Shown piece after piece: positions 8,184-16,211 of a stretch of DNA of 26,046 bases. The stretch covers positions 1 to 26,046 of IMG/VR virus record IMGVR_UViG_3300024518_001114, one strand, 5' to 3'. Under the pieces are notes generated by a model. That model saw only the letters and a list, made by a program, of their open reading frames with translations. It ran no database searches and was not told the DNA's origin. Every line of letters starts with the position of its first letter. The first letter of the stretch is position 1. This DNA comes from a virus. Taxonomy: Duplodnaviria; Caudoviricetes. The translations under genes and the position numbers were made by a program.

Positions 8184-10649
8184 TTAAACGCTTCTTAAAC
8201 TTCTATCTTCGTCTAAACTGCTTAACGGTTGTCCTTCTTTTAAAACTTTATTCTTCATAGCTGGTGTAATACGAAAGCCTTTTTGGTTTAGTTTAGGAGC
8301 ATTTTGAATAGCTTTTTCTTTTGTACTATAAATAGTTGCAATACCATCTGTGTCTATTACTCTCCAAACTCTTTTTCCTTTTTCTGGTCCTCCCTCAATC
8401 TTTGTTTCTTGAATCTCTGCGCCTAAATTTATCTCCTCGACCTTCGCATCCTTATCTAACGTCTTAATATACTTATCTGCTACCCTTGGTAGACTAACGT
8501 CATAGGTTTGTTTTAATGCTTCGCCACCGACTTTGAGGTCTTTTTCAAACAAAGTTCCACTAATCCTATCATCCCCCGTTATCTTAGAAGCAGTCTCTTT
8601 GCCAATAACATTAGATAGATTCTTTCCAGTTATATCTGCTGGATTCATCCCACTAGCCCGCAAAGTATTTACAATTTTTCCATCACTATCAATAGAAAGC
8701 TTTAACATAGGTTCAATATCAGCTTTTTCCCTAAAAATGTTTAAAATCTTGTTTCTCGTTGTTGATTGAGTAACCCACTCCATCCTGTCTACTTGCTTAC
8801 TCAAATCAAACCTATCGGCTTGTTGCTCTCCGCTTGTCCACGCTACGACATCTTTCCCGTCATCTATCGCTTTCTTTACCATTTGCTTCACCATAAACTC
8901 TGTATTGTTATTCGTAGCAAACTTAGGTAAAGACTTTAACTGCTCGTCTGTTACGTCATCTACATTAGAGTTTATCTTCTGCATCTCTTCAACGAATAAA
9001 ACCTTATCTCCTTCGCTCGAAGTTCTATCGTTTACTCTTAACCAAGAAAATACATTAGGTTCGTCAAAGGCGTGGGATTTGAATTGTTGTTGATTTCTGA
9101 AATGTTCTATCTGCTCTCTAGTGAGACCACCAACTCCTTCTTTTTCTAATAAATCTAATTGAGCTTTAAATATCTTTTTATGAATCTCTCCTTTATCTTT
9201 AAATCTTTCCATTAATTCCTTTAATCTAATTTTTTCATCCTCCAATATTTGTTCTTCCGATATTTCTTCTTTAACTGGCACCTTAAACTTCAACTCCTGA
9301 TAGTTCTCCCCTCCTGGGAGTTGGTATTGTTGCCATTTAGTAGGTTTTCCAGTAAAACCTCTTGCTCTTAATTGTTCTGCTGTTCCTGCCTGGGTTTCAA
9401 TAATATCATCGAGTAATTGTTTTCCTTGTTCTCCAAGAAGTTCATCTTCTTCCTGTTCAGAAAGTTCAAGATTAATTGCTTTCGTAACTATATTATCAAT
9501 ATCTTGTCTACCAGTTCTATTGGTAACTATTGTATGTAATTTACTTATCTTTGGTGTTGCTTCTACTAACTTTGGGTCGTTACCAAGTATTGATACCTCA
9601 AACGTGTTCTTATTCTCTTTCACGAAATCCAGTAACTCTTGCTTCGTGAACTTACCTTTACTCGCCAAGAAACTATCTAACTTACCCTCTTCTATATCAG
9701 CTTTCTTCCCGAACTTTACTATCTGTGCTTTCGCTTGCTGACTCGTTAGCGTATTCTGTTTTAAGCCCTTAATAGCTTTCTCGGTCTTTGTGAAGAATGG
9801 TTCTTTCGCTATCTCCCCACCCTCTTGGGGTTGGGCTAAGTCTTTCTTTCGTCTAGCCTTCATTCTTCGGTTATGAATCTTATCAACTTCTCCTAAAAAA
9901 ACCTTCTTCTTATCACTCAAATTAACAAATTCTATCTGTTCTTCTCGTGAATTTAGTCCTTGGATTCCTAAGCTGTTGCCTCTTCTAACAATCTTATCTT
10001 CTGCTGGAAACTCTTTTTCCCATAACTCACTCGGAGGTGTAAAACTATCTGGGTTTATATCTTTATTTACATTCTTAATTGCCTCATCTACTGTCTTTGG
10101 TGTTATCTCCCCACCCTCACTAAAAACAACACCACTATCCTGCTGTGGTATCGGGGTCTCTAGCCTAACTTCCCCCTGTGGTGTCACTATCGGTCCCTGT
10201 AACTCTGGTAACGCCTGTGGTAACGGAGTCTCTAACCTAACCTCACCCTGCGGTACTGCCCTCGGTCCTTGTAACTCTGGTAATGGTGCTTCTTGTGGTG
10301 TTCCCCCTAACGGTGGTAACTGCGGCGCCCTCATCGCCCCTACTTGTCCGAAAGGATTTAATATATTAAAGTTAATAGGACTCATCATACCTTGTGCAAA
10401 AGGTATCTGAGATTGTATCGCTTGTTGCCTTCTTCCTTCTAACAACCTAGAAAGTAACGCTATCTTATTAGCCGAAGCTATCTTTAAAAGCGTTCCTATC
10501 GCATTACCACCACCTGACGATAACGCTTGCCCTATCCCGCCCTGCTGATTATCGAGCTGACTTAATATCTGCCCTAACCCGCTACGAGAGAGTAACCCAC
10601 CTATATCCGTCTTAGGTTTTTCAAGTAATGATGTATCAACTCTAGACAA
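8184..10649 (-). CDS. Large phage protein, low-complexity N-terminus plus conserved-looking C-terminal domain; function unknown
   Basis: 821 aa; TTG start with AAGGAG RBS; motifs YQLPGGENYQEL, SHAFDEPNV..LRVNDR, KVLFVEEMQ, VAWTSGEQQADRF resemble large virion-associated/polyvalent phage proteins. Confidence 0.65.
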   Translation of the reverse strand: MSRVDTSLLEKPKTDIGGLLSRSGLGQILSQLDNQQGGIGQALSSGGGNAIGTLLKIASANKIALLSRLLEGRRQQAIQSQIPFAQGMMSPINFNILNPFGQVGAMRAPQLPPLGGTPQEAPLPELQGPRAVPQGEVRLETPLPQALPELQGPIVTPQGEVRLETPIPQQDSGVVFSEGGEITPKTVDEAIKNVNKDINPDSFTPPSELWEKEFPAEDKIVRRGNSLGIQGLNSREEQIEFVNLSDKKKVFLGEVDKIHNRRMKARRKKDLAQPQEGGEIAKEPFFTKTEKAIKGLKQNTLTSQQAKAQIVKFGKKADIEEGKLDSFLASKGKFTKQELLDFVKENKNTFEVSILGNDPKLVEATPKISKLHTIVTNRTGRQDIDNIVTKAINLELSEQEEDELLGEQGKQLLDDIIETQAGTAEQLRARGFTGKPTKWQQYQLPGGENYQELKFKVPVKEEISEEQILEDEKIRLKELMERFKDKGEIHKKIFKAQLDLLEKEGVGGLTREQIEHFRNQQQFKSHAFDEPNVFSWLRVNDRTSSEGDKVLFVEEMQKINSNVDDVTDEQLKSLPKFATNNNTEFMVKQMVKKAIDDGKDVVAWTSGEQQADRFDLSKQVDRMEWVTQSTTRNKILNIFREKADIEPMLKLSIDSDGKIVNTLRASGMNPADITGKNLSNVIGKETASKITGDDRISGTLFEKDLKVGGEALKQTYDVSLPRVADKYIKTLDKDAKVEEINLGAEIQETKIEGGPEKGKRVWRVIDTDGIATIYSTKEKAIQNAPKLNQKGFRITPAMKNKVLKEGQPLSSLDEDRSLRSV
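10143..10286 (-). repeat. Two-copy 72-bp in-frame tandem repeat
   Basis: Units 10143-10214 and 10215-10286 encode LPELQGP(RAV/IVT)PQGEVRLETP(L/I)PQ. Confidence 0.9.
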
Positions 10650-10659
10650 AACTTCTCCT

Positions 10660-10866
10660 TTATCTATTCAATCTGTCTCTCTCTAACTCTGCTCGTTGCT
10701 CGTCTGTTATATAATCAAACGATTCTTTGGTTACATTCAATCCTCGTTGTCTTAATATCTTACCTGAACGAGAACCTTCCCACGTCCCAGTGATGTCATC
10801 CCTGATTAATTTTCCTTTGTGCCACGGTGGTAATCCTCTACTTCTAATTTTGCTTCCTCTACCCAT
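10660..10866 (-). CDS. Small basic hypothetical virion-module protein
   Basis: 68 aa; GGAGG RBS; overlaps end of the ligase-like gene by 8 nt. Confidence 0.65.
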   Translation of the reverse strand: MGRGSKIRSRGLPPWHKGKLIRDDITGTWEGSRSGKILRQRGLNVTKESFDYITDEQRAELERDRLNR

Positions 10867-12034
10867 TTATCTTCCTCCACTCCCCGTAAAATAAACCTAA
10901 TGATATAATTAACAACATCCCCGAAACCGCTGTATGTATCGTGAAAACTCCTAACGCACTTACCATCTGTGCTACGATACAAGAAAAATATATTATCAGC
11001 TCTTTTGACTTATCAAATATTATGAACTTATAAAACAAATCTATAATAATAAGCAGTATTAACAACCAACCTATTATACCTAAATCAAAATATGCTTCTG
11101 CGTAATCATTATGTGCGTGTGCGTAAACATGAGTGTTCTGCCTACTCTGATATAAGAACTCGTATTGCGACATCGGTGAGAACCTTTTAAAGTTTCCCAA
11201 CCCGTACCCTAACATCGGATTACACTTAATTGATTTCTTATACTTAACAAAATCTAATACAATCTCGCCATCATTAACGTCCCTAATCGTATTCTTAACT
11301 AAATCTATTCTTTCTTTTACTGCGACATAAGATAAGTTCTCGAACTTACTAAAGAAGATTAACGAACAAACAGCCATAATTAAAACGATAACACCTAGTA
11401 GACTACGCCTTAAGCGTTTATTTATCTTACATGGCATACTATACAAAAGATATCCGTTAGCTATTAAGAACGCTATCCACGTTGATGTCGTTGTTGAACA
11501 CCATAATCCGAAAATAACAAAGGGTATTAACCAAGGACATACCCCCATAACCACAGGGCTTACTACCGCAAAGAACACGCCTATCTGGTTATGGCTTCCT
11601 ACGAACCCTACTGTGTCGTCTAAGGTCATGTCTTTCGTATAACTAAATATCGGGTCTAAGTTAAAGTATTGTAAGATAACCCAGAAACATTGTATCCCTG
11701 CCGCTACTACAATCGCCCAAAGTATTACCTTCCTCTGCTTCTTAGTGAACTTACTTATAGCGTAAATACTTAGAAACGAAAACATCACCTGAACTAACAT
11801 TACTATCGACGTAGGATACTGCTTCGCTACGAAAACCATGTTATACACACAATAAATACCTAACAACGTATATAAGAAATGAAAATTCCAAAGAACAAGA
11901 AATACTCCTACACATGAAAATGAAAATAACGATATCCAATGGATATACCAAACATCCGCTCCCCTCATCGGAATCGCTCCCAACAAAGGGATTGCTACTA
12001 TTCCTGTTACTACTAATAGAAAAATGCTTTTCAT
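10859..12034 (-). CDS. O-antigen ligase/O-oligosaccharyltransferase family (Wzy_C-type, WaaL/PglL-like) integral membrane protein
   Basis: 391 aa with about 10-12 hydrophobic segments; large loop with PMLGYGLGNF and HAHNDYAEAYFDLGIIG signature; GFVGSHNQIG earlier motif. Confidence 0.85.
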   Translation of the reverse strand: MKSIFLLVVTGIVAIPLLGAIPMRGADVWYIHWISLFSFSCVGVFLVLWNFHFLYTLLGIYCVYNMVFVAKQYPTSIVMLVQVMFSFLSIYAISKFTKKQRKVILWAIVVAAGIQCFWVILQYFNLDPIFSYTKDMTLDDTVGFVGSHNQIGVFFAVVSPVVMGVCPWLIPFVIFGLWCSTTTSTWIAFLIANGYLLYSMPCKINKRLRRSLLGVIVLIMAVCSLIFFSKFENLSYVAVKERIDLVKNTIRDVNDGEIVLDFVKYKKSIKCNPMLGYGLGNFKRFSPMSQYEFLYQSRQNTHVYAHAHNDYAEAYFDLGIIGWLLILLIIIDLFYKFIIFDKSKELIIYFSCIVAQMVSALGVFTIHTAVSGMLLIISLGLFYGEWRKING

Positions 12035-12051
12035 TTTATTCTATCCCCCAT

Positions 12052-12079
12052 AAAAGAGGGTGGCTTTTACACCACCCCC
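12052..12079 (-). terminator. Intrinsic terminator-like hairpin after the capsid genes
   Basis: Minus strand GGGGGTGGT-GTAAAA-GCCACCCTC-TTTT; short U tract suggests partial read-through. Confidence 0.65.
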
Positions 12080-12092
12080 GATGATACTTGTG

Positions 12093-12458
12093 TCAACTTT
12101 GGCCGCCTACTACAGTACAAGCTGCTTCCATATTAGTAGCTCCCCAGTCACCCGTAGGATAACTAGAATAAGCACTAATTGTTGTGTGTGATGCTAAACA
12201 AAGGTCTCCAGATTCATCAATCCACAAAATATAATTCGTGGTTGTATCTGTTTCTACTCCTCCTGTCGGACCTTGACCTACTCCTCGCATCATAATGAAC
12301 CCAGGATTACCAGTCGTATTCAAACCAGTAAGACCTAGATTCGATGTATTCGTACGTAAAGTCTCTGTCGGGAATACTGGCTCCCTTGCGACCTGAGCAT
12401 AACAGAGAGTCGCCACAAGTAATACTGCTGAACATACAACAGCGATTCTCTTGTTCAT
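12093..12458 (-). CDS. Secreted-type small protein directly downstream of major capsid gene
   Basis: Start reassigned to ATG 12458 (GAGGAG RBS), 121 aa; MNKRIAVVCSAVLLVATLCYA/Q signal peptide; two Cys in mature part. Confidence 0.75.
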   Translation of the reverse strand: MNKRIAVVCSAVLLVATLCYAQVAREPVFPTETLRTNTSNLGLTGLNTTGNPGFIMMRGVGQGPTGGVETDTTTNYILWIDESGDLCLASHTTISAYSSYPTGDWGATNMEAACTVVGGQS

Positions 12459-12473
12459 ATTGTCTCCTCTCAA

Positions 12474-13388
12474 TTATGCACCTTGTGACCCATAAGTTCC
12501 CATCCAATGAGAATATCCTGTAGAGAATCTCATGCGAGATAGATGTTTTAAATTAGTGGTATCAAAATCGTTACCACGTTTTAAAGCACCTAGTCTAACT
12601 CTCCAGAAGAATTTTAACTTATGGTTTTCTTTCTCTGACAATAATACCCATGCGTCTGTATCTGTTAGATAGTGACCTACGAAATACTGTAAGTCTTTCT
12701 TTCTAAATGCATTGACTTCGTTGTTGGCGACGTATGGTTTATATTCTGACCCTAAAAGCTCTTCTGCTACGTTCCATAAATCAACTGGAACTAAAAGCAT
12801 AACCGCTTTTGTAGGTCTCTTTAATCCTTTTTCATCAACATACTTCTCAATCGCTGTTAAACCAGCAGTTAAAGAAGTTACTGACAAGTCAGCTTGTGTT
12901 GAAGGTGTATTGGATTGTGTGCTTCCATCAAGATTAGGATGTGCCGTGTTAAACAATGCAACTCCGTCAAACCCTGTTACTGTACCATCTAAACCTGTGT
13001 TGATAACGTTAGCTGCTTCTGTCTCTACAGTTTCAATAGCACTTCTTGATAAAGCTTGAGGTAGCTTAGCGAACGTTTCTGGCGTTCTTAGGTTATCCTC
13101 AACCGCTTCCTCAGTTAACTCGTAACCAAGCGCGTATGTCTTGTGAACATAATTCTTTGAAATACCTGGAAGGATAGCATCGTATGACGCTGCAACTCCT
13201 TCACCTTTCTCAGGCATAGTCACAAAACCCGATTCGTAAGAATCTTTCTCTGACTGTTTATCAGAGGTTTCTACATTCATAAACTTAGTGTACTCTTCTC
13301 CCCAACTTGTTAAACCATCTTGAAACATTTCATTCAAGTTAGCGTCAAGAGCATCAACTATTTGTGTTCTAGTTGTAACATTAGCCAT
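12474..13388 (-). CDS. Major capsid protein (Mu gpT-like HK97 fold)
   Basis: 304 aa; HKTYALGYELTEEAVEDN, GFDGVALFNTAHP, LLVPVDL, YLTDTDAW, DFDTTNLK motifs; AAGGAG RBS. Confidence 0.85.
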   Translation of the reverse strand: MANVTTRTQIVDALDANLNEMFQDGLTSWGEEYTKFMNVETSDKQSEKDSYESGFVTMPEKGEGVAASYDAILPGISKNYVHKTYALGYELTEEAVEDNLRTPETFAKLPQALSRSAIETVETEAANVINTGLDGTVTGFDGVALFNTAHPNLDGSTQSNTPSTQADLSVTSLTAGLTAIEKYVDEKGLKRPTKAVMLLVPVDLWNVAEELLGSEYKPYVANNEVNAFRKKDLQYFVGHYLTDTDAWVLLSEKENHKLKFFWRVRLGALKRGNDFDTTNLKHLSRMRFSTGYSHWMGTYGSQGA

Positions 13389-13407
13389 TTAATTCTCCTT
13401 TAGCTCT

Positions 13408-13989
13408 TTATATGCCCGCAACGCCACCGTTGAAGATTGATTCGTTAAAGATTACTAACAAGTCTGTATGCTCACTCCAAGTATTTCCAGGTTCATCAAC
13501 TTTATCCATAACTAAAAGTTGTGCTGTACTTGCACTAAGTGCAGATGAATCTACCTCATGTCGTGAACGTGAAGTAGTTGTATCACCTGCAGTTATTACA
13601 ATATCAGCCATGTTAAACCTGTTGCTCGATGTAAGTGTCGTACCTGTATCTGACTGTATCTTAAACAACGCTGTAGGTAACGCTAAAGCTATCTTAGCGA
13701 AACCAGCCGTTGATGAAGGCAGATACTTCGTTGACTGTGAACTGTTAGGATGTCCGATTGGAACTTCATCTGAATCCTGAAGTGCTGTGATAACACCTAT
13801 TACTCTCGTAGGATTAGTTCCTGATGTTGCTATCTTCTGAACTGACCCTGCGGCTGCTATCTCTACGGCATCTCCAACGAATAGATTTGTTCCATTCCCG
13901 CTATCTACTGGGTACCACATAGAAGGAACTTCAGAACCATCTAACATTCTAACTGGAGAGAAACCTTGTGGGGTATCTCGATTTGCCAT
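13408..13989 (-). CDS. Capsid-associated (decoration/cement-like) protein
   Basis: 193 aa; MANRDTPQGFSPVR...LFVGDAV N-terminus of the type found just upstream of this kind of capsid gene; AAGGAG RBS. Confidence 0.6.
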   Translation of the reverse strand: MANRDTPQGFSPVRMLDGSEVPSMWYPVDSGNGTNLFVGDAVEIAAAGSVQKIATSGTNPTRVIGVITALQDSDEVPIGHPNSSQSTKYLPSSTAGFAKIALALPTALFKIQSDTGTTLTSSNRFNMADIVITAGDTTTSRSRHEVDSSALSASTAQLLVMDKVDEPGNTWSEHTDLLVIFNESIFNGGVAGI

Positions 13990-13999
13990 TTAATTCTCC

Positions 14000-14605
14000 T
14001 TATTTTAACCCTAAATCGTCTGCTGTTTGTAACCCTTTCATATTCGGATGTCCAACCCCTGTTAACTCTGGGTCGTTGGGTATTCCTTTGTCTCTCCGTT
14101 CATGAATATAGGTCATTTTATCTTGATTCTGTTTCCGCTTGTAACTGCGTTTCTTTAACCATAGCTCTTTAGGCATCCTTGCTAATACAGTATCTCCGAC
14201 TCTATAAATCCCATCTTTGCCGTAATACCGCTCTTGAATACCTAACTTAACTAAATGGTCTCTTGGTACTATCTGCCATCCACCTTTTTGAAAAAGGAGA
14301 TTTCCAGTCTTTATAGACAGGTTCTTATCATCCGCTCTTATAAAGCGATACTCATATTCTTCATCCTTCTTACTTAAATAAAAAGGGTCAACTTTCCCAT
14401 CGTAATCCATTATAACTTCAATGTTGTACTCATCTTTAGTGTCAACATTAAGACTAGGAAGTTCTTTTAACTCTGGTGTTTTTTCTGGTGCTACTTCCGA
14501 AGTTTTAACTTCGTTAATTTTTTCAGATGGCTCACTAAAAGTATTTAGTGACGAACCACATGATTTGGCTTTCTTTGCTACTGGAGCTTTGTTTTCGCTT
14601 TCCAT
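14000..14605 (-). CDS. Conserved head-module hypothetical protein
   Basis: 201 aa; YEYRFIR...GWQIV...VGDTVLARMPKE pattern; sits between scaffold and capsid genes; TAATG coupling. Confidence 0.7.
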   Translation of the reverse strand: MESENKAPVAKKAKSCGSSLNTFSEPSEKINEVKTSEVAPEKTPELKELPSLNVDTKDEYNIEVIMDYDGKVDPFYLSKKDEEYEYRFIRADDKNLSIKTGNLLFQKGGWQIVPRDHLVKLGIQERYYGKDGIYRVGDTVLARMPKELWLKKRSYKRKQNQDKMTYIHERRDKGIPNDPELTGVGHPNMKGLQTADDLGLK

Positions 14606-15465
14606 TATGCCCTCCTCTTTTCTAGTGCTTGGCGATACTTCTCGACTGACTCTGTTTCCGTGTAGTTTCGCCCAGTTCTCGGATTAAGCTTGTCACGGTA
14701 CATTCTCGTGGCAAACTCTTTATCTGCATCCGTTATGGTTATCTCGCCTTTCTTATCATTTGACTCTGGTGCGCCCGGCGAGTGTAAATTTAAGTTGTTC
14801 GTGTTGTCTACCCTCCCGCTCGTTATTCCTAACATTCTCTTAGCATCGGTGATAGCTAAACTTAAACCATCTGGCTTTGCATAATATCCATTCATATAAA
14901 TTCTGTTAACCTCTTTATACAACGGGTCGTTAGGGTTGTGGTCAGGATGCCTGGTATTAAAGTTGGGATGTTCTGACAACACCTTCGCCCTATCCGAATC
15001 CTGAGTTGTTTTAAAATCTTTTTCTTTATTCTCTTTTGTGATGCGTTGATAAGCCATATCAGCAGCTTCTTCTTTTAACCTTGATTGCTGTAGCTTAAAT
15101 GCCTCGTCATCTGACATCTCTCCGGATTTAACCTTTGAAAGTAAAGCCGAATCTGTGTAATGTCTAACGTTGTTTATCATAATAGTATCATCCGTTGTTC
15201 GTACCGGGGCAGCGTTATCTTTCTCGGATAACTGTGTCTCAAGTTCTTTTGTCCTCTCACGTTCTTTATCAAGTTCTTCCTGTGCGTTCTTTGAACGCCA
15301 CGATAACTCGTTAATCCTCTTCTGATACCTTGTCTGCTTCTCGCTCTTTAAACCTTCTAACTTACTACTATCTTCATCTGTCCTATCCGTCTTTTCGTTT
15401 AACTCTGTAATCTGTGTATCAATCTGTTCATCCGTAACCGTGGTTTGGTTTTGCGTGTCTCCCAT
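14605..15465 (-). CDS. Putative capsid scaffolding protein
   Basis: 286 aa, charged coiled-coil, YQKRINELS motif, position between portal and capsid; AAGGAG RBS. Confidence 0.65.
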   Translation of the reverse strand: MGDTQNQTTVTDEQIDTQITELNEKTDRTDEDSSKLEGLKSEKQTRYQKRINELSWRSKNAQEELDKERERTKELETQLSEKDNAAPVRTTDDTIMINNVRHYTDSALLSKVKSGEMSDDEAFKLQQSRLKEEAADMAYQRITKENKEKDFKTTQDSDRAKVLSEHPNFNTRHPDHNPNDPLYKEVNRIYMNGYYAKPDGLSLAITDAKRMLGITSGRVDNTNNLNLHSPGAPESNDKKGEITITDADKEFATRMYRDKLNPRTGRNYTETESVEKYRQALEKRRA

Positions 15466-15476
15466 TGTGTTCTCCT

Positions 15477-15653
15477 TTATTTTTCCATCAGAATTAAGTC
15501 CGATGAGCTTTTATCCGACCCTATTATCTTCCATCCTTCTGCTGATAACCTTACTACGTTTCTTTTAGCTACATAACGCTGTTTCTTCTTCGTAGACTTT
15601 TTTGGTGATAGAATCTTTTTCTTAATAACCTTATTAGCCTTACCTCTTACCAT
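15477..15653 (-). CDS. Small Lys-rich protein (58 aa)
   Basis: Not in track; MVRGKANKVIKKKILSPKKSTKKKQRY...LMEK; GGAGGGAG RBS, TAATG overlap. Confidence 0.65.
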   Translation of the reverse strand: MVRGKANKVIKKKILSPKKSTKKKQRYVAKRNVVRLSAEGWKIIGSDKSSSDLILMEK

Positions 15654-15742
15654 TACGGTCTCCCTCCTTTTCGTTTAGATTTACCTTTAATCTCCTTATC
15701 TTTAATCGGAGTCTTTCTTTTCATTATTCTTATTGTTGCCAT
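15653..15742 (-). CDS. Small basic peptide (29 aa)
   Basis: Not in track; MATIRIMKRKTPIKDKEIKGKSKRKGGRP; AGGAGGT RBS. Confidence 0.6.
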   Translation of the reverse strand: MATIRIMKRKTPIKDKEIKGKSKRKGGRP

Positions 15743-15756
15743 CTCCACCTCCTAAT

Positions 15757-15805
15757 AAAAAACCCCCAAGTATACAGAATCATTGTCTATTCTGTACCTT
15801 GAGGG
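15757..15805 (-). terminator. Long terminator/attenuator hairpin ahead of the scaffold-capsid genes
   Basis: Minus strand CCCTCAAGGTACAGAAT-AGACAATG-ATTCTGTATACTTGGGGG-TTTTTT. Confidence 0.7.
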
Positions 15806-15896
15806 CCTTGTTTTAAAGCTATCTCAAATAGCTATATCTTTCAGAGAGGTGGGCTGATTAGGCCGCTTTTTGTGTGTCGGCATTACAGAATCATTG

Positions 15897-15998
15897 CTAA
15901 GCCTTAACCACTAACGTATTAAACTCCCAAGTTTCTAATCTTGGTAAAGGGCTTTCAACCTTGGTAACGAACCTCTCTATTTTAAAAGAACTAACCAT
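15897..15998 (-). CDS. Possible leader peptide (33 aa)
   Basis: MVSSFKIERFVTKVESPLPRLETWEFNTLVVKA; start overlaps the end of the DUF2292-like ORF; no clear RBS. Confidence 0.35.
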   Translation of the reverse strand: MVSSFKIERFVTKVESPLPRLETWEFNTLVVKA

Positions 15999-16155
15999 CC
16001 AACTTAACCGACTTGTACTTACCGCAATTCATATTAGCTATCCCGCCTTCTCGCAAATTTATCTTGAACTCTATATTACCCGTGAACTGTGTATCTCTCA
16101 ACGTCTCTAAATCTTTACGAACTACATCTAGATATTTCTCAATTAAAACGTCCAT
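15991..16155 (-). CDS. DUF2292/YezD-like small protein (54 aa)
   Basis: Not in track; MDVLIEKYLDVVRKDLETLRDTQFTGNIEFKINLREGGIANMNC...; FTG-x-I-x-I-N-x-GGI pattern; family call by eye. Confidence 0.55.
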   Translation of the reverse strand: MDVLIEKYLDVVRKDLETLRDTQFTGNIEFKINLREGGIANMNCGKYKSVKLDG

Positions 16156-16211
16156 TAATATCTCTTTTTCTTTTTACGTTTACGAGCCATTATCTAACTT
16201 CCGAATCTGTA

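Noticed and set aside
7395-12458. Lipoprotein or spanin interpretation of the Cys-containing leaders
   Set aside because: Cys contexts (LFMC, ATLC) do not fit a lipobox; Ala-ending SPase I sites follow; mature regions look beta-rich rather than coiled-coil
1006-12507. Nested minus-strand alternative-frame ORFs 1006-1248 and 12307-12507
   Set aside because: Lie inside better-supported genes; no protein-like features recognised
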